From: Octopus vulgaris
Taxonomy: Eukaryota
Assembly (NCBI GenBank): GCA_951406725.2
Contig: OX597831.1
Coordinates: 44,950,001-45,014,000, forward strand
Direction: 5' to 3'
Length of the DNA stretch: 64,000 nucleotides
The notes beneath the pieces are model-generated. The model made no database searches, was not told where the DNA came from, and saw nothing but the letters and a program-made list of their open reading frames with translations. Positions 55,440-64,000 of the stretch are shown one piece after another. Each line of letters starts with the position of its first letter. Position 1 is the stretch's first letter. The translations under genes and the position numbers were made by a program.

Positions 55440-56090
55440 ATGTTAAAAATAGTGTGTATACTTTAAGTATGATAGTTAGAAGACTAATTTAATACTACTT
55501 CAGCAGAGTGGTTGTTCACAAAATCAGTAAATGTTTTATTCACTTTTGCCTATATTAGAGGCGACAAATTCTAGATCGAGCATGTGGCTGGCTGCAAGTA
55601 CGCGCTATTTAAAAGGCTCCAAAAGGCCCAGATGCATCAAGCGTTCTCGCTGGTTGCTCTTGGAAAGAATTTTCATTTCCCTCTGGTATTTATAGCGTTT
55701 TTAAAGCAGTTCTTCTGTAACAGGTGCTATATCAGGCAAATACTACAATACCTGGCCTGTTGATAGTGTATATTCGTTAAGTATGATTGCATATACTGGA
55801 TTTTTATTCAGTCAGGCGACTATTTGCAACATCAGTGAATGCTTTATTCCTTGTTTCCTATATCAGCATGTGGCTGGCTGTGAGTACGCGCTATTGAAAA
55901 GACTCCCAAAAGTCGAAATGCATCAAGAATTCTTGCAGACTGCAGCTGGGGAGAATGTTCATGTCTGTCTGAATATTTATAGTGTTTTTAATGCTGTTCT
56001 TCCATAAGAGATGTTATATCGGGATAAATAGTGCAGTAACTGGCCTATCGACAGAGTGTGTACTTTAAGTATTATATGTTGATGGCTGTT
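55440..56090. repeat. Diverged ~290-bp tandem duplication, possibly old LINE 3' sequence
   Basis: AGCATGTGGCTGGCTG..AGTACGCGCTATT occurs at ~55579 and ~55865. Confidence 0.6.
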
Positions 56091-56679
56091 TTAATTTAAT
56101 ACTGTTTCAATTCCGTCTACCCGACGCGTAGTAGTGTTGTTTATTCGCTTGAAACTGAGGATTCATTCTATCGGTACTCCGAGTTGTTTTTGTTTTTTTT
56201 TTGTTAGCGTGTGTGTGTGTGTGGGGGGGTTGCAATCCTTCAAGTAACAAATATTGGTTTCAAATGTTGGCACAAGGTCGGCAATGTTGGCGGGAGTGGG
56301 GTAAGTCGTTTACATTGACCCCAGTACTCAACTAGTACTTATTTTATCTACCCCGAAAGTATGAAAGGGAAAATCGACTTCTGATGAATTTGAACTCAGA
56401 ACGTAAAGACAGGCGAAGCATTTTGCCCGGCGTGCTAACGAATCTACCAAAAACTTTAATTGCTAGACACTTATTTTTATTCTGCATTAATAAAGTGATC
56501 TCAAAGGAATTAATGGGACACCGTTTTAGACATCTACGGGCCCTCCCAGACTGATGAGACGATTGTGACTGACGTTAAGTCTGGGCATTTCTAGGTCAAT
56601 ATCTGTAAGAAAAATCCGACCGGGAAAAAATGCTGAAGGATGCAATTTTTGCTGTTATGAATGTGGAATCGTCAGGAAA

Positions 56680-57205
56680 GACCGTCAGAGATTGTATCTT
56701 TAACGGCACTGGTCCTTGGAAAAAAAGCCAGTCCTTGGAAAAAAAGTTTCTGCCATGTTATGATAGAATCGCCAGGAAAGTTCCAAAGAGATTTTGAATC
56801 TTGGATTATTGTGACTGTACTGTCCCGAGGGAGAACGCCAGTCTTTTTGAGAAAAAGTTCTGCTATGTTATGATAGTGGAATCGCCAGGAAAGAGATTTT
56901 GAAGCAGACCAGACTTCGGAGAGGCAGTTTTTTCCTATGTTATGAAGGTAGAATCGCCAGGAAATATCCTCAGAAATTTCGAACTCCTGTATTGTTGTCT
57001 CCTGAGGACAAAAACAGTATTTGCGGAAAATTTCTGTCATGTTATGATAGCGGAATCGCCAGAAAAGATCCTCAGAAATGTTGAATCTTGGATTATTGCG
57101 ACGTAAACTGTACTGTCCTGAAGAAGGCCACTCTTTGGAGAAGCAGTTTCTACTATCTTATGAGTGTTAAATCAGCATGGAAGGTTCTGGGAGATTTTGA
57201 ATTAT
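56680..57205. repeat. Diverged ~100-bp minisatellite, about five units
   Basis: Recurring CTATGTTATGATAG..AATCGCCAGGAAA..TTTTGAATCTTGGATTATTG. Confidence 0.75.
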
Positions 57206-58530
57206 TTTCATTTCCAGCAGCTGTGATTATGTGTTTTTGTTGAAGTATTTAAGATTGTCATGTTCTCACTGGATAACGCTTTCACGGTAAGATTTTATAG
57301 AGGAGGTGCAGGGATTGACTGGAGGTGTCTCAGTGACATGTTTGTAACGTATGTATACAGGAAATTGAGAAGGAATGAAAAGAAATATAAACTGCTAAAA
57401 GCATTTTTTATCAGTTAGTAGGTTGGACCCTTTTCAAGGTTCCCAAGACTGGAGAAAGAAAGGGAGGAAGGTATCCCCAAACTGGAGATATGACTTGAAT
57501 CTTGCAACAGAGTGGGCTCTACTAAAGGTAACCAAGGACCTGTGTTAAATCGGATGACGGATTAAGTCTACCGTTCATGTATATCACAGCATGATTTGAA
57601 CGTATAAAGCAAGGAGGCGAATCAGATACCGTAAGGTATCTCGACAATGTTCTATTGTTATCATCAGTTCATTGTTTTAGACTGTTACTTTATTTTATGT
57701 AAATGGGAAAGATAAAAGGCAATACTGATCTCGCTAGGGAATTGAGCTCAGAACGCTAGAACCTACAATAAATACTGCAAGACATTTCATCCGACACTAA
57801 CACTTCTGCCAATTCAACGCCTTGAGAGTGTTGGTAGACATGACAGCAAATAGATCAATAGAATATCTTGGCGCACATCAACCTGTGGGTCAGAGACAAT
57901 CTCTTCAGCTATGATTAATTTAGATGTGTTATGTTTTCACATGTTGAATAATCAATTTTCTTCAACAATGTTTATCGATAACACAAAACATTCTTTAGTA
58001 TACATGATGTACACTTTGTTGTATGCATGTTAAGTGTTTGAATCAAGAAGTAATGAAAGATGAGAGCTGAAATATCTCGTATAAATTTAGGACATTGGCT
58101 CCGGTTACAACAGGAACAATTTGAGAACAATTTGAGTGATGAGAATTATTTTACAAACACAAGCCTGAAGAAACATAGCTTATGGCCACAATAAGAAGAC
58201 TCCTTCTAGACATCTAAACACCATAGTTTTATAAGCCCTCTAAAATATTCTAGAATACTTTACGAAGCCTTTAGAAGCGAAGATGAACATTTTCTTTTTG
58301 TTAATAAACGTCCATCAAAAACTGACTTCAATGGACAAGAAAACACGTCACTAGGTGTTATAAAAAATTTCTGGAATATTGCCAAAATCAACTCTGGTCA
58401 CAGTTATGAAATATGACATAATTAGTAGTGACAATCATTTCCTGTCAATATTATCAAATAAATTAATATTATTCGCCAGCAGTTTTGACTTACCGATTCG
58501 AATTTTAGGAAAACTATCGATTATGGTAGA

Positions 58531-59000
58531 CTAGCAGTTTAGCCCGGCGTTGCCCGGAATAAAGTTAGGATTATTAAGCTAATCAAGCGCTTTGTTTCAA
58601 ACCAAACTAAATTACACCGAGGTCAAACTTGAGCGAAATCCATTGAAATTGGTAAACGATTGGCTGAAAATGGGTTGCAGATAATTTGATTGAGAAATCC
58701 CATAAGGAATCGGTTTATCGATTTTTCCACTCATCGATTGTTTTTTTTTTTTTTTTTTTTTTTGAGAGCTTAAAGCATTCAAAGATGCCATGAGTCCTAA
58801 GTAACGCCGGCATCAAGTTTGAACAAAATATGTCAAAAGTTATGTTGAAAATGGGGTGTAGCCAATTTTAGTGGGAAATCCTATAAGGAACCGGTTTATC
58901 AATTTTCATCCTGATTGAATGGAAAACCCCATAAGGTATCAGTTTATTGATTTTTCACCCCAAATAGGACTTAACTGAACACAACATTGCTGATTTAAAA
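58531..59000 (-). mobile_element. Helitron-like 3' end
   Basis: CTAGCAG..GCCCGGCGTTGCCCGG, same terminal hairpin type as at 36670, 39113 and 43286. The far boundary is uncertain. Confidence 0.55.
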
Positions 59001-59267
59001 AAAATCTATATTTATACTTTAAAGTTAGTTTCACACCCAACCCAGTTCTGCAGAATCAGTGTCAGGATGGGACAACATAGGTTGGGAGTTTGACCAGCAG
59101 AAGTGAACAAGTTGCACATGCCGGGCCCTTTCTAACACACCCCACCCCCGTCATCTTAACCTTAACCTAAGCCTAAGCTAACCTAGCGAAAGGGGGATAG
59201 GGAGCCTCTAAAAGGCAGTGATTAATCTCGATCTAGTCCTAACCCCTCCTAGGAGTACTATCAGTCA

Positions 59268-59465
59268 AGGCTGCATCGAAGATATGCATTGGAAAAGGTT
59301 GCATCGAAAGTTTGCACTGGATAAGGATGCATCGAAGGTTTGCATTTGAGATCTGCAGTGAAGAAGGTTGACTCAAAGATTTGGATTGGATAAGGTTGCA
59401 TTAGAGATGTGCATTGGAGAAGGTTGATTCGAAGGTTTGCATTGGAGATTCTGGATTGGAATAAC
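59268..59465. repeat. ~24-bp minisatellite
   Basis: GCATCGAAGGTTTGCATTGGATAAGGTT-like units. Confidence 0.75.
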
Positions 59466-59829
59466 TTAGGAAAACTTACTAACAGCCTTAACAAAAAATA
59501 AGGGGCTTGGCCCGTCTAGCCTAACTTTATGAGAAACTTGACCAAGCGCTGATATCGGCCGAGTGAGCATTGTTGTCGGAGAAGTCTGCATTGTCCAATA
59601 AAGAAGAGGAAGAGTCCATGAGTCATGTTGCTATGGTTTGAGAATATGTCCGGCCAATGCTTCCGGATCACCTGTTTATAACCACATAGGCTGCAATGAT
59701 GACTTGTTCTTTCTACATCTATAAAACTTTGCTATAGACAACATTGCATGCTCTGCCCTGAGTAGCATACACAAAAAGAGCGTTTCTACTCCCCACACGT
59801 GAGCAGGCCACATAGTTGCCAATATGAAA

Positions 59830-60768
59830 AGCTCGGCTTCCCCAAATGGATGCCTGCCACCGATATTGTTTGCCCTTGATGACTTCATGGATTTCTTCCT
59901 TCCTGAGCTATCGAACCTTTCGGGTGCAGATAAATGGAGATCTCTCCGCGGAGACGAGTGCATGCGACGTTCCCCAGCGGTCGGTTCTGGGGCCAATACT
60001 TTTCCTTCTCTATATCAACGACCTGCCAGATTTTCTTGATGGAAGAGTTCTCCTATTTGCAGACAATGTCAGACTTGTCTCACCTAGAAATCAATACGAC
60101 ATACTCCAATCGTCGCTGAACGGAGCTTGGAATTGAGCGGAAGAGTGGGATCTGCCCTTGAACGCCTCAAAATGCAGCCATTTGCCAATAGGTTCACCTC
60201 CAAACTCTCTATTGACTATTGGCCACAAACATCAACATCTTAAGATGGTCACTGAAGAAAAGGATCTCGGCATAATGATCGATACTACTTTCAAACCACC
60301 ACGGCAGTGTATCGAGGCGGCGAACAAAGCCAGAAGGAATCTTTTCTTCATCCACCGATCCTTTGCCAACCTTTCATTGGACGTCTTTCGGCCTATATAC
60401 GTCACTCTAGTTCGACTCATCCATGAATATTACATCCATACCTCAAACCCATATCTCCAGAAAGACATTCAGCACCTGGAACGGGTTCAGCACTTGGCCA
60501 CCCGAATGGGTGCGGGCTTGTCTATGCTTGCGTAAGAGGAGCATCTCCAACGGCTGTCATTGCCTTCACTCGAACGACGGAGGATGCAGGGAGATCTGAT
60601 CTGGCTTTCAAAATCTTCAACGGACATGTAAACCTACCATTTGTGGAGATTTTCACCCCTGCGTCGGGTAGAGGTCTTCGTGGGCATGATCGCAAATTCT
60701 ATCCCCGATACTTTCGTTTCAACAGGCGGAAGGCCGCATTCTCCGTCCGTATCGCAGCCCCGTGCATA
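59830..60768 (+). mobile_element. Older degenerate CR1-group LINE related to the 2766-5896 family
   Basis: VPQRSVLGPILFLLYINDLP..LFADN, EEKDLGI, NPYLQKDIQHLERVQ. Contains stops. Confidence 0.85.
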
Positions 60769-60789
60769 ATCCAAGCGAATTCTTTGATC

Positions 60790-61400
60790 CCACAACTCAA
60801 GTGCAGAGACACAACTTAAAATTAATATCATGGAAGTTGATATACTTGCGGCTATTAATGATTTAGTCTCAAACTCAGCATCTGTACCAGGTAGTATTCC
60901 AGTTATATTGCTAAAAAAAGTGCAAAAACCACCTCATGAAATCATTAAAGGTACTATTTCAAAAGTCGACAGATACCGCCATATTCCCGAGACTATTGAA
61001 AGAAGCTACAATAAAACCTATATAGGTACAAAGGAGGTAGCAGTGCTAAAGCTAAAAATTACAGACCTGTTGCCCTCACGTCTTACACATCTAAAATTAT
61101 CCAACGCCTTGTCCGAAGACAAAAAGTAATAACATACCTGGAGGAAAACAACTTAGATGACACTCGGTATAGGTTTCGGACAGAACGAAGTTTCCTGTCA
61201 CAATTCTTACAGCATCATAACACTACCTCTAATAATCTCTTAAGGGGAAAGATCATTGACAGTTAATACCTTGATATTGTTAAGGCGTTTGACAAGACTG
61301 ATCATGGAATCATCTGTCATAATTTAAGAAATCTTGGTATCACAGGAAAAGTCGGAGTATGCTTCTTTAACTCCCTATACGGTAGGGATCAACCTATTAC
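60790..61400 (+). mobile_element. Second degenerate LINE RT fragment
   Basis: Broken reading KGGS..AKNYRPVALTS..YLEENNL..YLDIVKAFDKTDHGII..LGITGKVG. Confidence 0.7.
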
Positions 61401-61407
61401 TGCAAAT

Positions 61408-61711
61408 GGAAACTTCTGAGAATGATACTTCCTGAAAAGTTCCGAGGTTGAGAATTCCTGGAAAATTCAGAGGACCTCCTGGAAAGTTCCGAGGACGATT
61501 CCATGGAAAGTTCCGATGAGGATTCCCTGGAAAGTTCCGATGAGGATTCCCTGGAAAGTTCCGAGGATGAAAGTTCTTGGAAAATTCCGAGGACTTCCCG
61601 GAAAGTTCCGGTGTTGAGTCTTCCCGGAAATTTCCGAGGATGATACTTCCTGGAAAGTTCCGAGGGTGAGATTCCATGGGAGGTTCCGAGGATGAGACTT
61701 ACTGGAAAATT
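61408..61711. repeat. ~24-bp minisatellite
   Basis: GAGGATGAGATTCCTGGAAAGTTCC-like units. It explains the PRNFPGN ORF. Confidence 0.9.
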
Positions 61712-61878
61712 CTTTTTTCTACTGAATCAAATCTCAATTCTTTTATGCCAAAATTTTGCTATGGTTCAGTCCTCTTCAAAAATGTTAAAAGTTTTCAATT
61801 TGGTCAAGAAGTGAATTACCGACAAGCTCGGAAAAATGGTGCGTGTGAGTAAACCGTAGTTGAATGATTAAAAAGTAC

Positions 61879-62096
61879 AGCAATCCCTCGACTATCGCAG
61901 GTGTTACGTTCCAAACCCGTCTACGTGATAGGTTTAAATCCGAGAAGTAGAAACAGTACTGTATATATTTTTATTATTATTTTTATTATTTGTATGTATT
62001 TATTTTATAAATGCAAAATAACGCCACAGAGCAATCGACGTAAGCTTAAGTAATAAACAGCGATAGGTGAACCGCCATATGGCGAGGGATTATTGT
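61879..62096. mobile_element. Tigger/pogo-like MITE
   Basis: TA-CAGCAATCCCTCG...CGAGGGATTATTG-TA inverted termini. Confidence 0.65.
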
Positions 62097-62139
62097 ATAT
62101 ACAGTGATTCTTAGCCAATGTAGAATCAGTAGCATATAC

Positions 62140-62176
<37 letters not shown>

Positions 62177-62315
62177 CATACATCTATGTATGTACACACA
62201 CACATACACACATACATACACACTCAATATGGTTGTATGTATTGATTGTATGGTGGTTAAAAGTTTACAAGCATTCTTCAGTAGCCTATAACTCACAGAC
62301 ATAGGTACACACGCC

Positions 62316-62397
<82 letters not shown>

Positions 62398-62694
62398 TAT
62401 ACACACACTGGCGTACGCAAACGCCTTTCCATACAGTAAGAGAAATCTAGAAATTAAAATATAAAATACTCAATATCAAAAACATAATGAATTTATTTTA
62501 TTCAATGCTTCTTTACAAATCGGTCATGTTTGAACTTTTGTATCATCGGAAAAGACTGATTCACTCACACACACACCGATTATTGTCATCAAAATTAGTA
62601 GGTTCGAAGCTCTTCTTTAGCTAATCTTATTAGTCTCAAACTGTTCACAATAAGCAGCTTTCACTGTATGTCTGTATAAGTATATATGTATATA

Positions 62695-62817
<123 letters not shown>

Positions 62818-63153
62818 GTACACAGTGGCAGACTGGCCAGGTTGCCAGCCTGCCCTATGGCAAGTGGGCCCTTTAGACATTAGAGTTCATATACGGGGGC
62901 CCATGTTAGTATCTAAGGAGCTCACGAAAAAAAAATAAACGTTAGTTTAAAAGAAAATATGTGAAGTTTTAGAGAAAGAATAAAAATTTAAAAAACGCAA
63001 ATAAAACAGTTAAGCAAAGCAGTTGGCCAAAGAATTCCATAGGGAATTAGTAGAAATCAAAATATATGATGCTGACAGCTAGTCATTGGTGATAAAGAGT
63101 AACTAAATTAATATAAATATTATGCATATTAATGCAAATATGCATACACACGC

Positions 63154-63217
<64 letters not shown>

Positions 63218-63236
63218 TGTATGTTATATATATATA

Positions 63237-63285
<49 letters not shown>

Positions 63286-63439
63286 GTATATATATATGTA
63301 TATATATATGTATATATATATATATAGATATGTATGTATATATATATATATAAAGTTAATCCAAACAAGAAAACACAGAAAAAAAGAAGAAAAAAAAGGA
63401 GAAAAAAAGAGGAAAAAACACAGCAACGCAGGACGTGTG

Positions 63440-63501
<62 letters not shown>

Positions 63502-63536
63502 GTACATATATGTATATATGTGTATATATACGCATA

Positions 63537-63578
<42 letters not shown>

Positions 63579-64000
63579 ACACAGGCATACATACAAGAAC
63601 ACCTATAACCGGCTATATGAAATTACAATTACGATTCAAAATCAATTTACTATAAATGTCGAAAAAAACCTTAAATCAAGAATGAGTATTAGTAGAAGGA
63701 AAAAAACCTGTATACCCAGGGTAAATTAATTAAGGGTAACAAATAATAATAAATTTAAATAAATTAAAAAGACATGTCCGTTTAAAACAGTGTTTCCCAA
63801 ACATTTTCGGGCTTCCACCCCCTTGACACCCACGCCACATTCCTTGCCCCCCACCCCAACTAACCATCTCAAGCCTAGACCTCTCTCTATAGCAAATTCA
63901 AAGCAACTGTATTTAACGAATAAAACGTAACCTAACGAGCCCATTATTTTGTTGTTTTTACATGAATTATCACCCCAATTTTTACATGAATCGCTACCCC

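Overview
AT-rich, microsatellite-dense animal genomic DNA. The SINE families and (TA)n/(CA)n/(TATG)n landscape suggest an octopus/cephalopod genome (inference). One host gene is supported: a two-exon, minus-strand PI-PLC X-domain phosphodiesterase (join 25271-24629, 17462-17269; 278 aa), whose last exon is not in the ORF track. The rest is mobile DNA: a young CR1-type LINE in two near-identical copies, several Penelope-like (Naiad-type) RT and GIY-YIG fragments, mariner and rosa-like DNA transposons, Helitrons, hAT and foldback MITEs, an RTE LINE and many SINEs. An old tandem segmental duplication (about 1-15600 versus 30997-51200) provides empty sites for several insertions. The most notable signal is a set of non-coding repeat modules carrying hammerhead-ribozyme folds. 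These are a 9-copy ~233-bp array with a U3-A8 compensated core in every unit, a 476-nt permuted tandem/inverted unit with three canonical minimal hammerheads, and further motifs at about 11.8, 19.7 and 27.9 kb. Two of the hammerheads lie sense-oriented in the PI-PLC intron. All folds were read by eye and none is shown to cleave.
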